Positions 37,457-51,329 of a DNA stretch of 64,000 nt are shown one piece after another. Made by a program: the position numbers and the translations under genes. The notes beneath the pieces are model-generated. The model was not told the origin of the DNA. It ran no database searches and worked only from the letters and a program-made list of their open reading frames with translations. The stretch covers positions 1-64,000 of the forward strand of contig NW_021833058.1 of NCBI RefSeq assembly GCF_006345805.1, written 5' to 3'. The DNA comes from Octopus sinensis (lineage: Eukaryota). The stretch's first letter is position 1. The number at the start of each line of letters is the position of its first letter.

Positions 37457-38554
37457 AGGGCTGCGAGCTGGCAGAACCGTTAGCACGTCGGGCGAAATGC
37501 TTAGCGGTATTTCGGCCGCCACTGCGTTCTGAGTTCAAATTCCACCGAGGTCGACTTTGCCTTTCATCCTTCCGGGGTCGATAAATTAAGTACCACTTAC
37601 GCACTGGGGTTGATGTAACCGACTTAAGCCCTTTGTTTGTCGTTGTTTGTCCCCTCTGTGTTTAGCTCCCTGTGCGTAATAAATAAATAAATAATTGTGT
37701 GTCGCTTCAGTTTCAATCAGAATACCACGGTTTACATGATCTTCGGCTCTACTGTACCATATTGGTTTCAAATGTTGGCACAAGGCCAGTAGTTTCGGGG
37801 GAGGGTGTAAGTCGATTACATCGATCTCATTGCTCAACTGGTACTTATTTTATCGACCTTGAAATGATGAAGGGCAAAGCTGACATCGGCGAAATTTGAA
37901 CTGAGATCGTAAAGACGGACGAAATGCTGCTAAGCTTTTTGCTTGGTATGCTAACCACTCTCCAACTCGGCGCCTTAACACTACTGTATCATATTTTGGC
38001 ACAAGGCAGCAAGTTCGGGGGAGGGGTAAGTCGAGTACCAGTGTTTTACTGGTACTTATGTAATCGACCCCGAAAGGATGAAAGGCAAAGTCGACCTCGG
38101 CGGAATTTGAACTCAGAACATAGCAGCAGATGAAATACCTATTTCTTTACTACCTACAAGGGGCTAAACACAGAGAGGACAAACAAGGACAGACAAACGG
38201 ATTAAGTCGATTATATCGACCTCAGTTTGTAACTGGTACTTATTTAATCGACCCCGAAAGGATGAAAGGCAAAGTCGACCTCGGTTGAATTTGAACTCAG
38301 AACGTAGCGGCAGACGAAATACCTATTTCTTTATTACCCACAAGGGGCTAAACACAGAGGGAACAAACAAGGACAGACATAGGTATTAAGTCGATTACAT
38401 CGACCCCAGTGCGTAACTGGTACTTAATTTATCGACCCCGAAAGGATGAAAGGCAAAGTCGACCTCGGCGGAATTTGAACTCACAACGTAACGCAGACGA
38501 AATACCGCTAAGCATTTCGCTCGGCGTGCTAACGATTCTTCCAGCTCGCCGCCT
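37457..38554. mobile_element. SINE family C cluster: + copy 37457-37685, - copy 37760-37975, - trimer 38030-38554
   Basis: Family C pattern; junctions near 38138 and 38322. Confidence 0.8.
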
Positions 38555-39030
38555 TTACTCTGCTTATTAACCATTATTAACTTTCGATACAGACTGTTCA
38601 ATTAAACTCCAGTACTTTAATTTATCGACCTTGACAGTATTGAAAGCAAATTTGACCTCAACTGGATTTGAACTCAGAACGTAAAAAGATGGAATGAATA
38701 CTGCAAAGTAGTTTGTCCAACGCTCTAAACCATCACCTACCTACCACTGCCTAACCAATTCAATAAAATTTATTTATTGTTGTTTACAAGGAAAATTTTT
38801 CGTTGTCAAAGTTGCAATATTTGCATATCGCCAGATATTAAATAAATAAAACAGCAAACGTATATAAAAATATGATAAAACGAAAAACATCAATAACAAT
38901 AAAAGATAAGGATACATGGGCGATATTAATATCGAATAGTGATAAGTATAACCCGAAGAAGGGGAGGCCCAGTGATGTTGCGAATATATTATTTTATCAA
39001 AATGTAATAATGAAAAAGCGCATGCAATAT

Positions 39031-39084
<54 letters not shown>

Positions 39085-39393
39085 GTATGTATGCATATAT
39101 GTGTGTGTGTATGTGTGTGTGTATATATACATATAAAAATATGAGATATATGTATGTTCGTATACACACACACACATATATACTTATATACGTTATTTGT
39201 TGCTTAATCAGACTACCATTGGTTTCATGTTGAGAGAGATATCTCTAAACAATTATTCAAGTATGTCACATCATAGATGTTTACATCCAAGTTATATAAT
39301 ATATATATATATATACAGTGTTTAATAAAATGAAGTAGCATGAAACGATTGTACTACACTACCTTGGATATCCTTGTTGTTTATTTGGATATA

Positions 39394-39429
<36 letters not shown>

Positions 39430-39460
39430 TGTATGTATGTATGTATGTATGTATGTATGT

Positions 39461-40128
39461 CAGGTCACTTTCGAGTGCTACTGGTAACATGTAACCCAGT
39501 ACAACCTGTTGCATGGTCGGGCCGTCGGCGACTAAACCGGCAACCCCATCAAGCTTGCTTGGTGAGGAGGGTGATTATTGGACACCCTGCTGGATGAAAA
39601 ACAAAATCCGTCAAAGGGCGGAGGAACTCTTGAGAGTCAACGGCCATCCGATAAATGTGTATTTTTTTTTTCTCTTACGGCTTAAGGCTGTATCATGCAC
39701 GGGGACATAGAAATAATCGGACTGAATACCCGATCGCGCGGTTAAACCATTGGGAGTGAAGGACTCCTAGCCTTTGTTAGGGCATCCTTCTAGGAGAAGG
39801 TAACTCAGGTAACTGGGATAACTCCGACATAAAACCTGCGGCTCAGTGGTTACCGATGATGTTGACTTGTTCTTCTTTTCGGATCATGGCTGCTGTTGCT
39901 TAGTGAGTGGGATTGACTCAGTGCACAGCCTTTCCTCACTTTAAAAAAATCTTCTTGCACAGGCATTGCACGATAGCAACATTGTTCATGATTGTTGATG
40001 GTGCTGTGAGTCTCAACTAAATGGTTGGCTGTAGCCTTAAAAAGCAAATAACAGTCACAATCGATCACAACACCAATAACAGTTAAGCTTCGTGCAATGG
40101 CCATACTCGATAACGAGGGGGCAGCCAT
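39461..40128 (+). mobile_element. Non-autonomous element with RTE-like 5' UTR, inserted in (TATG)n
   Basis: GC-richer, structured block with the motif gggcatccttctaggagaaggtaactc, resembling RTE 5' UTRs. No RT ORF. Confidence 0.45.
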
Positions 40129-40372
40129 CATGTATGTGTATATGTACGCATAATATATAGTTGTGCGTGTGTGTGCACGCGCTCACACATACATACACAC
40201 GCACACACAAATACACACATGCACGTGTGTATGTGGTGTTATCAGGTGGTGTTATTAAACTGGACACCTATCTACCACCTATCAAAACATAGAATTCATG
40301 CAACGGCTTCTACACAATTTCTTATCAGCAACGTTCCTTCAAAGTTTTGACAATGTCGTATAAAAGACTAGT

Positions 40373-40420
<48 letters not shown>

Positions 40421-40986
40421 CTTTATTCACCATAAGGTTGAGAAAAAGAGGGGACAAAACAAACGTTGGGGTCAGTGTATCGAATGAGATGAAACGTATG
40501 AATAAACAAACAATTGAAATATATACAATTAAATGAGAATGAGCGAATAAAAAAAAATGAAGCGGAGAACGCGGTCGACCCCACAAACCACATACTCACA
40601 CTGAAGACTTTGCTTTCTCCTTTTTTACATTCTCGTTTAAACTGGTTCTTTCACTCGCAACATACTTGCAATAGACTTCCATCTTTTACGAAACACACTT
40701 TGCGATAGGCATTTCTTCTCCAGCCTTATTTTCCGTTTCATGTGGAAAACGAAAAAGTCGATTAGCTCAAGACTGGAGATTAACATGCCTGTTGCAATTC
40801 CTTTTACTCTCGTCTTCCATACTACTTCTTTCGCCATAGCAACTACCGAGAGAAAACAGGCTCGCTCCTCCCTATTCCGGGAAGTCGGCGTAACTATCTT
40901 AATTACAGATTCGCTCGACAGTTGTACTCTTCTCGAATGCGACAGCAGGTGTTCGACATAAGCCCAGAGTTCAGTCACCTTGGGGC

Positions 40987-41053
<67 letters not shown>

Positions 41054-42899
41054 TCACAGACTGAAACCTTAAGCATTTAGAGTGAGCCGAAGGTTTTTAG
41101 CGGTGCGTTGTTCATAAGTAGAGTGTTATAGTCCGCTACTTTAGTAGGTCTGTGATTGTGCTGGGACTGTTGAAGGGCAGATTGTAATGTTACACAATGA
41201 AGGACGCTTTTTATGTTACTGCTTATGTTTAGCCGCCACGAAGATTTGATACTTACGTTACGTTAAAGTGACTCATGGTTGTATACTCCGATGCTTCATA
41301 TACTCTCACTAATGACTCAGTGTAGTATAGCTTGGTACCCCATCTCTAATACTCTCCCTTAATATATAGTCAAATATTCTATTACTGTTTTCCCAAATAT
41401 AACCGTATTTTCTGGTACTCTTCTCTTAATACTCACCTTCAATATGGCCCCTATATATTTTATTACTCTTCTAACATTCTCCCTCAATCTCAGAATACAT
41501 TATGGTAATTAACTTGATGATGATTAATTTTTTCATACTATTTACAAACATATGAACAGTTGATGAAACAAAGAAAATTAATTGGCTAAAATATATTAAA
41601 TTGTTTAAAAAAACCTGTCTTTGCAATGAATGAAATTTAATAAAGATTTGTGACTTTGGTGTAGGACAAGAAATTTGTAGCAGAAGAGTATAATGAAGTG
41701 AATCCACCCCAATATATGTCTGGTACTGAATTGGCGTCAAATATAAGTCGACTTGGGGAAATCGATGGTTAGATTAGAACTCGGGATCTCATTTTAATGT
41801 TTTAGTTAAACAAGAATGGCGGAAGATAGTGGAGGCTTGTTTACGAAGAACCGACTGAGCTAAAGATATTCAACATCAGGTAGCGTTATTAAAGTGGGAA
41901 ATGGATTATGTCAACCACCTATCAAAACATAAAATTCATGCAAGGGCTTCAACACAGTTTTCTCCTGCCAACGTCTCTCCACAAAGTTCGAGTTGAAGGC
42001 GATTACCCAAGGTGCAATACAATGGAATCGAACGCAAACTTTATGACTAGCGAAGCGAACTCTTAACTGCACACTGTAAGGTGCGAATATCCGTTACTCT
42101 AGCTTTTCTGTTGATCTCGGATGTACTAATTAATTACATAGCAAATTATTTAATTTCATATGGTAAACAGAGCTTGAGAGAAAGTTAAAGAGTGCACGCA
42201 TTAATAAATTGGTTTTTAATTCATCTAAAACGATTCTATTTCACATGTAATTTGGTCAGTTGTAAACCTCAGATATGTTTGCTATAGACTCTCCTGTTTA
42301 ACACACAGCTCCATATTTGTCGAGGGCGACGAGTGGTGGGAGACGCGGATAAGGATAATTGGATCAACACTGGATATTCATCAGCCCCGTCACATCCGTA
42401 AGATGAAAGACAAAATTAATTAAAAAGGGTGCACTGGAGTGGAGATGGGTTGTGGATCTCATTATGCAAAGAATTCTAGACCCCAGTATTCGATTGCTGT
42501 TTATTTTATTGATCCTGGAAAGATAAGAGTCAAAGACAGCCCTTGGTTGGATTCTAACACAGAACGTAATGAGAGTACATTAAAGGCCTTAACTCCCTCA
42601 ATCCACCCACGACCATCACCGCCTCCTCCCACCGCCAGGGATGAAACTTAATAATATAATAAATTAAATTAATTTCAGTTTGTAATTATAGCAACATACA
42701 ATTTAGGTCAGCAGTGTTGTGTACTTAATGAAAACTTATTTTAAAATTATCAATACTCACCCCACTCAATAGATTGAATTTCGGTTGTTCAGTCCATGGT
42801 CTGCCCTCGTTTAACAGACTTATGATCAAAGTTGTTCCAGCTGTGACCATCCTATATTTGTAGCGTCTGACATTAGACACTTTACTATGGAGATTATTT

Positions 42900-43600
42900 T
42901 TTGAAGTGTAGCTGGTGGGAAGTGGTGGTTGCGGCTTTTCCCTGCCTCTGAGAGGCAGGCAATTGTTCATTGACAGAAGATGGCTGGTTGAATATGTTAA
43001 CAAAATGTTCATCTCATCGGTCTCCGCCGTTTCTGTCTGAGTCATGTTTGGACGTCATCTCAAAGCGGAAGAAGAGTAAAACAGAAGTCTGTGGACGACC
43101 TTCATTGTGTCGAAGAATCGTTTTAGATGTCCCTTGCTTGTAAAATTCTGAATCTAGCTTGCTTTCGTAATGAATCAGAAAGTTTGCATCTCTAGGATTC
43201 TTGCTTGCACTGTATAGCGAAGTTCATTGAAGGATGACTCCTTTGTTGATAACAATCCACTCCAATGGGATCGGAGTCACTTCTTAGTTAATAGAATCGT
43301 ATCTCGTCCTTTTCCTTGAATCAATCCTATTGGTTGTAAATGGCAGGTCGGATTTACTCAAGGCGAGTTTCCTATACGGCATCTTCGAAGAAGGTTTACT
43401 ATTTCTCTGTTTTATCTTGTATTGATGGGTTTTTTAGTCATTTGCTGTTCACGATGCTGAAGAAGGTGGACGAGATTGTGTAGTCTTTGAGCTTGGAACT
43501 CAGAACTTCCAGACACAATTGTAGCCATCAATTAAGTGGCTTACTGTGAGGCTGGATGAACACCACCACACGTCACTTAAATCTGTTTTCCCATTCTAAC
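42900..43600 (-). pseudogene. Decayed RTE/BovB-like LINE fragment (EN-RT linker)
   Basis: Minus-strand remnants RFFDTMKVVH and DEHFVNIFNQPSSVNE resemble RFFDALKxVYGP and RWAEHFxxVLNRPSSIN. Confidence 0.55.
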
Positions 43601-43694
43601 ACATGCTTGGTCTCTCTCTTCACCCCTTTTACTCGGAGCCACGTCTTTCTATTTCCTGAGACAAGGATTACAAGGAACTGGACTCATGACAGCG

Positions 43695-43743
<49 letters not shown>

Positions 43744-43746
43744 ATA

Positions 43747-43875
43747 TTTATTTTATAGAAGGAGCTTCTACAGGACTAGAACTGTTTCATTCAAAAGAAA
43801 TCATCAGGAAGCTTCTGATGATTTCTTTTGAATGAAACAGTTCTAGTCCTGTAGAAGCTCATTCTATAAAATAAA
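43747..43875. repeat. Fold-back palindrome between (TA)n tracts
   Basis: Arms pair around the central aagctt at about 43809-43814. Confidence 0.9.
43763..43813 (-). ncRNA. Type I hammerhead ribozyme, canonical core (mirror copy on + strand 43810-43859)
   Basis: agcttc-CTGATGA-t-ttc-tttt-gaa-t-GAA-ACAG-ttctagtc-CTGT-A-gaagct: 6-bp stem I, 4-bp stem III, GUA site. Confidence 0.8.
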
Positions 43876-43941
43876 TTAATTTACTCTGCTATGTATTGAG
43901 TACCTTATTTACTGTGGTTAACCCCGACCCAACCCGGGACC

Positions 43942-44020
<79 letters not shown>

Positions 44021-46537
44021 GGGAAACTACTATGTGGAAACCCTTATGCTAGAAATAGATCCGCTATGGTCTTACCACTAAGAAGTGTTCTCAAGAAAAA
44101 AATTATATATATATATTTATATATCTGTGTATTTGTGTGTGAGTATGTATGTATGTATGTATGTATGTATGTATGTATGTATGTATGTATGTATGTATGT
44201 ATGTATGTATGTGTGTATGTATGTATGTATGTATGTAAGGGTACATCATAGTTGCAGACGGAAAGCTGACACCAGCGGTCACATGACACCCTAATTGCAA
44301 ATAAAAATCTGACACTAACAGAAATGCTGAAGGCTGGAGTTAATAAATGAGTTAACAAAAATTTTGGTCCTATGTAAGACACACATGTACACATACACAT
44401 ATATATGCAATGATATACATACGCACATGTATGAACGTATGTATGTATGCATGTTATGTATGTATGTATGTATATATGCATGTATCTATGTATGTACATA
44501 TATAATATATGTATATATATATATATATATATTTGTATGTGTGTGTATAATAATAATACATGAATGTATATTTATATACATATGCATACATGTACATACA
44601 TATACATAATACTTACATATATATATACACTCACATATACATACTTATCCATAACACATACACACATGTATACACACACTCACCCAAACATATGCATATG
44701 ATACACACACATGTATATATAGCACATACACAGATGTATCTATTTGTTTCTATGCATGTGTGTATGTGTATGTTTGGATGTGTGTATATCTATATATCAT
44801 CACTTGTGTTGGGGAGTTTGCATTGATGCAAAATTACCAACTACAGTGAAATTAAATCTCTTAAAACTAACGTTTGTAGTCATCAGAGACTCAATAAATC
44901 AGCTTACCGGTACCGTAAAAATGTACCACGTGATTATGTGACCATGTGACACGAGTTATTTGAGAAACAGCCATAATATTTTCTTTAATGCATTCGATGA
45001 AAAATTCAAGACAAGAAATACGTTGCCGATTTTAAACGTTGATTTAAGATTATTCCTGTTCATTTATAATATTTTTTTAATGAAATCCTCGGTGAATAAT
45101 ATTTAAGATTGACTAATAAATAAAAGCAAGATACCGAGGAAAATAATGGCGAAGTGTATTAGAAAATTTGTTATTTTGTAAAGTTTGAGAGAGAATTTTT
45201 AAAAAATTCGTGAAGTTTAAAAAAATGTTTGGCAGAAAATGATTTAAAATTGAGTAAATTTTGAAAAGTGTTTTAATATTTGATAAGAAATTTGAGAGTG
45301 GTTGATTTAAAGTTTTCTCACCCAGACGAAGTTTTTCTTAAAATATTAAATATTGTCGTCTCCTTACGGTATACGAACTTATCCAAATTCACAGAATTCA
45401 GTTAATCTTGATTTTAACGTATTTAATTTTTACTCTATTATCATGTATCTTTGACTTGTACGCCAATAGTTCAAACACCTCTACCGTCTGGTTTTTCAAA
45501 CCATGTGGTAGAGTTCACTGTCTTTTAAGTAATCTAAATTTTCTCCCAATTTGCTCATCACCTAGGTTTCTAACTAAGAGATACCCAGGCTGGGCTATCA
45601 GCCGCATAAATTCCTACCAGTCTCAAAGGATCTGCGGAGGGGATGGACACTGCTTCTCCGCGTCTAACTTATATGTGACCACCCCACCTAAAAAACAAAC
45701 AAATAAAACAATACACCTACATGCACACCACTTTCGTTGCATGATTATCTCTAGACATTAAACGGTGTTTATTTTTAATTTGAGGAAAAGAGAAATTAAG
45801 AGAATAAAGGTAAAAGAGAGAGTGAGTGGGAAAGAGAGAAAGAGTAAGAGATAAAAAGAGAGATAGAGGGAAAGAGAGAGAGAGAGAGAGCAAGAGAGAG
45901 TAAGAGAGAAGGATAGGGAGAGAATAGATAAAATAAAGATTAAGGGGAGAATAGAAAGTGAGAAGAGAACAGAGAAAGAGGGGAAAGAATGGAGAGAGAG
46001 AGAGAGAGTGAGAGAGAAAGAGAGAGAAAGGAAATGGAGTGTGATGGGAGGTAAAGAGAAAGGTAAGGTGATAGAATAGAGAGAAGAAATTGTCTCTGGT
46101 GCTGACCCATTTAATGCAATAATGAGACAAAAGATTTTAAATAATTAAGGAGCCATTTTGTGGAGGAAGTCACTCTTTAGTTTAATTATTAAATCTGGTG
46201 AAGAAAGACAAGGAAATTAACTAAAATTTTGCCAAAATTCTAGACATGCAATGGAAATGAGTTCGATCTTTGGTAAGTACGAGGATAACTTCATATTTTA
46301 GTTGTATAAGTGAATTACTGTGTTCACTTGAAAGATCTAGAAATGACTGAGTTATATACAAAAGGAGTTGGAGGGAGTAAACACTAATAGATGTGAAAAA
46401 TTGAAAAAATAATAATTAGGGGCATTTATTCCAGGTCAACTTCTGTACAGAAAAAAAAAATTGTTAAGATATTGTTAATATACTGGAAAATGCAGTTAAT
46501 TTATTTTTACAAATGAATGCAAACTCTTTATACATGA

Positions 46538-46946
46538 GGCGCAGGAGTGGCTGTGTGGTAAGTAGCTTACTAACCTACCTCATGGTTCCGGGTTCAGTCC
46601 CACTGCGTGGCATCTTGGGCAGGTGTCTTATGCTATAGCCCCGGGCTGACTAATGCCTTGTGAGCGGATTTGGTAGACGGAAACTGAAAGAAGCCTGTCG
46701 TATATATGTATATATATATATATGTATGTGTGTGTGTTTGTGTGTCTGTGTTTGTTCCCCTAGCATTGCTTGACAACCAATGCTGGTGTGTTTACGTCCC
46801 CGTAACTTACCGGTTCGGCAAAAGAGCCCGATAGAATAAGTACTAGGGTTACAAAGAATAAGTCCTGGGGTCGATTTGCTCGACTAAAGGCGGTGCTCCA
46901 GCATGGCCTCAGTCAAATGACTGAAACAAGTAAAAGAGTAAAAGAG
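46538..46946 (+). mobile_element. Complete tRNA-derived SINE family B
   Basis: A box tggctgtgtggtaag, B box gggttcagtccc, internal (TA)n(TG)n, (gtaaaaga)n tail. Confidence 0.9.
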
Positions 46947-47049
46947 TATATCTATCAGTCATTTTAATGTCCGGCAAGTAAAGGCTAAACTTCAGTGAGG
47001 AGGTCTTAATAAAACACGATTGAACCACGCTCGGAGTCGTCACGATAAT

Positions 47050-47662
47050 CCTTTCTACTATAGGCACAGGACCTGAAATTTTGGGGCAGGGGCCAGTCGA
47101 TTAGGTCGACCCTAGTACGCAACTGGTACTTAATTTATCGACTCTGAAAGGACGAAAGGCAAAGTCGACCTCGGCTGAAGTTGAACTCAGAACGCAGCGA
47201 CGAGCGAAATACCGCTAAGCATTCCGTCAAGCGTGCTAAAGATACTTATTTCTTTACTACCCACAAGGGGCTAAACACAGAGGGGACAAACAAGGACAGA
47301 CATAGGTATTAAGTCGATTACATCGACCCCAATGCGTAACTGGTACTTAATTTATCGACCCCGAAAGGATGAAAGGCAAAGTCGACCTCAGCGGAATTGG
47401 AACTCAGAACGTAACAGCAGACGAAATACCTATTTCTTTATTGCCCATAAGGGGCTAAACATAGAGGGTACAAACAAGGACAGACATAGGTAATAAGTCG
47501 ATTACATTGACCCCAGTGCGAAACTGGTATTTATTTAATCGAGCCCGAAAGGATGAAAGGCAAAGTCGACCTCGGCGGAATTTGAACTCAGAACGTAACG
47601 GCAGACGAAATACGGCTAAGCATTTCGCCCGGCGTGCTAACGATTCTGCCAGCTCACCGCCT
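47050..47662 (-). mobile_element. SINE family C multimer
   Basis: Three units; fixed junction near 47430. Confidence 0.8.
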
Positions 47663-48140
47663 TGGACTTGTCACAATAACGACAATGACCAGAGTTGGCC
47701 TGTGTGCGTCTAGATTTAGTTTTTGATCGGTTGTCTCCCCTTTTTGATAGTAATTGATCATTAAGCTAAAGGATTTAATTCCTCACCGCATCAAGTACGT
47801 TAGCGCAATGGCTTTTCTTCTGCAGAAAAACTCCCTTATTGACCCTTCCTCTGTCATTGAATATAATCTAGTCAAGAAGAGGAGGGGACAATACCTCCAA
47901 GCTTTGCAGGATCTTTGAGACTGGTGGATTCCATACAAGTTTTTTGGAATTTCCCGAGTGTTGATAGAAGCGGGATTGACCAAAGGGTTAATGTGGGTTG
48001 CCTTAAGACGTAGTAAGGTTGGTGAAAAGAAGGTAGATCTAATGGAGATGTTATCCTACTAGTCAGTTCAGAAAAGCAAAGGCTGTTGTAAGACCAGTGT
48101 AATAGGTAGGTAGGTGGGTAGGTAGGTAGGTAGAGAGAAG

Positions 48141-48372
48141 AAGGCGGTGAGCTGGCAGAATCGTTCGCACCCCGGGCGAAATGCTTAGCGGTATTTCGTC
48201 TGCCGTTACGTTCTGAGTTTAAATTCTGCCGGGGTCGACTCTGCCTTTCATCCTTTCGGGGTCGATAAATTAAGTACCTGTTTCGCACTGGGGTCGATGT
48301 AATCGACTTAATCCGTTCGTCTGTCCTTGTTTGTCCTCTCTGTGTTTAGCCCCTTGTGGGTAGTAAAGAAAT
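48141..48372 (+). mobile_element. SINE family C monomer
   Basis: Full head-to-tail copy flanked by aggtagagagaa-like duplications. Confidence 0.85.
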
Positions 48373-48376
48373 AGGT

Positions 48377-48440
<64 letters not shown>

Positions 48441-49060
48441 CGAGTCTGGGAGTCGGAAGGAGTAGAATGTTGATGAGTTTTTGCCTACCAGTCGGATGCC
48501 CTTTTTCAGATGCACTCTTGTGTATTTATGTGTACAGGAGCACCGGCTCTAATAGGGCTAGAAGCCTTTAAGGCGGGTGTTTACTTGTCATTTACAGCGT
48601 AGTCAGCAAGCGACCCAAAACTGAGAAGTGGTCATAAAAAAGAAGGAACAAAGTCACGAAACATGAGTCATAAGTCGCTGCCAAGAAGAATGCCATTAAC
48701 TTACCTCTATAGAAACATTAACTTCACTCAGGCCACACGCACACACAACCCATCCACCTACACACACATGCACTCACAAACACACACACAAGCACACACA
48801 CACACACCCTACCGTTCCTTTCATTTAATGTGCTCACTCATTTAGTCTGCAAATACATATATATAGACGTCCACACATACTCCAATATACCTCTTATCCA
48901 CTTCATTTCGCCTCATCCACTTCATTTCCGCTTCATCTAAACATTGTTACGACACTTTGATTCCCTAATCTTGATTCTTCCCCGATAAAAAACAATTTCT
49001 TCCCTAAACTAATTCCTGATCGCCTGATACTCCATTAATTTTACAAATAAGTCTACTATA

Positions 49061-49350
49061 TGGCCTAGTGGTTAGAGCAGCGGACTCCCGGTCAAGGGAT
49101 TGCAGGTTCGAATCTCATACCGGGCGATGTGTGTGTTTATGAGCGAAACACCTAAGCTCCACGAGGCTCCGGCAGAAGGTGACGGCGAACTTCTGCTGAC
49201 TCTTTCGCCACAACTTTCTCTCACTCTTTCCTCCTGCATCTTGCAGCTCACCTGCGACGGACTGGCGTCCCGTCCAAGTGGGGAACCTATACGCTAAGGA
49301 AACCGGGAAATCGGCCCCTATGAACCAGGCAGGGCTCGAGAAGGAACAAA
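49061..49350 (+). mobile_element. tRNA-derived SINE family A (tail type 3)
   Basis: Family A head, then cctgcgacggactggcgtcccgtcc (V-SINE-like motif) and an A-rich tail. Confidence 0.75.
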
Positions 49351-49932
49351 TAAATAAAATAAACAAACTTTCCCTTTTCTAATTTTTCTTTGCTCCCCAT
49401 TTTTCTCCCCTTACGGTTGATGATAGCACAGCACCCGAAACGTCAACTCGTCTTTCTTTGCTTCCACACTGTTAAATAAATTAAGTGCACTTCGTCCGGC
49501 GCTTCTGTTTTCTTTTTTTATTTCTCCAGGACACACAGACAGACAAGTAAAAGTGCAAAGTAGACAAAGGTACGTAGAGACCAGGGCGAAAGAGAAGCGT
49601 TTACGTTAGTGCTTGGTTGAAAGCAGGTTACTTTGATGTTTTATCGCCCAAGGTGGTGTCATATGACGACGTATGGAGAGATAATAATTTACTGAAGTCA
49701 TGTACCTGACACACCCTCTGAAAACTGTTGGAGGGGGTAATAGTAGAAGGGTTGGTGGTAGGTGGAGGGATAGAATAGAGGGAGAGGAGGGGACAGTGGT
49801 AGGCGGGGAAGTGCTGTAAGAAGAGAGAGTAGTAAGAGGAGAGAGTAGCAGGAAAATTAATCTCGTGAGATACGGTGAATATTGGAAAGAGAGAAATATA
49901 TGTATGTGTATGTGTGTACGTGTGTATACGTG

Positions 49933-49967
<35 letters not shown>

Positions 49968-50864
49968 ATGTATGTATGTATGTATGTATGTATGTATGTA
50001 TGTGTGTGTGTGTATGTGTGTGCGCGCGTGTGAGTGTGTGTGTGTGTGTGTGGAGGAGAAAGAGACAGAGAGAAAGAGAAAAGAGAGCAGTAAAGACGGA
50101 AACAATAGTATGAAGTATAGTTTTCTTTAGTGATATGAAATTTCAACTGTTTGTTGAAACAGCGACGAATGTGTTATTGTTCTTACTGCTCTGAGATGGT
50201 GACAGAGGTTGTATCTTACATATCAGGTGTTTTTGTTGTTTAACTCCCGATCAGCTGAGATTAAACTGACCTATAATTAAAACATTTCAACCGTGCCTGA
50301 CACAACAAAACGTGTCTTCTGTACCTTTGAAGAGAATAGTGCTTGATTCGAATGAAATTCGACTGCCATTTCTAGTAGATCGAGTGACTCTAAAGAGGAT
50401 TTCACGTTGGCAAAATGTCAAAGAGAAGCAACAGAGTTGATTGACAAATTTAAATTATAGCATTGAAATGGCAAAAACCCCCGAGCGTCGTAGAGAATGC
50501 CTAGCGGCAATTGTTCCGCCTCTTATCTATCATCTATTTAAGATTTTAAATACTGGTACCAACTGAATGCTTAAGCGTTGGGCCCGAAGCTTTACGGTAC
50601 TTGCTTCAACTCTATACTCTGAGTTTCTTAGCAACCCTCTTTCTTAGCAACTCATTAACATTAACGATTTGCCTGCTAACTTATCCACTCTCTATTGTAT
50701 TGGGACCTTGCCTGCTTTCTTAGCAACCTACTTGCATATTGGTAGTATATTTGGAATGATACGTGGGGATTATTGAAACGGCTGTAGGTAGTGGAGTTTT
50801 TGAAATATCAAAAATATTGTTTCTCTTCTGTTTCCCAACTCTGTGTTTATTCACACGCACACAA

Positions 50865-50924
<60 letters not shown>

Positions 50925-50941
50925 ATTTATGTGTAGGAGAT

Positions 50942-51329
50942 GGATGGAAGCACTCCGTCAGTTACGACGACGAGGGTTCCGGTTGAACCGAATCAATGGA
51001 ACAGCCTGCTCGTGAAATTAACGTGTAAGTGGCTGAACACTCCACAGACACGTGTACCCTTAACGTAGTTCTCAGGGATATTCAGCGTGACACAGAGAGT
51101 GACAAGGCCGGCCCTTTGAAATACAGTTACAACAAAATCAGGAAGTAAGAGTGAGAGAAAGTTGTGGTGAAAGAGTACAGCAGGGATCACCACCATCCCC
51201 TGCTGGAGCATCGTGGAGTTTTAGGTGTTTTCGCTCAATAAACACTCACAACGCCCGGTCTGGGAATCGAAAAGCGATCCTATGACCGCGAGTCCGCTGC
51301 CCTAACCACTAGGCCATTGCGCCTCCACT
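50942..51329 (-). mobile_element. tRNA-derived SINE family A (tail type 4)
   Basis: 12-bp TSD tgtgtaggagat at 50930-50941 and 51330-51341. Confidence 0.88.

Noticed and set aside
47780-48100. Possible decayed LINE fragment
   Set aside because: No recognisable motif in the frames I read.
49413-49451. Hammerhead remnant acggtt-gatga...GAAACGTC-aactcgt
   Set aside because: C3-U4 appear deleted and stem II is unpaired; at most a dead copy.
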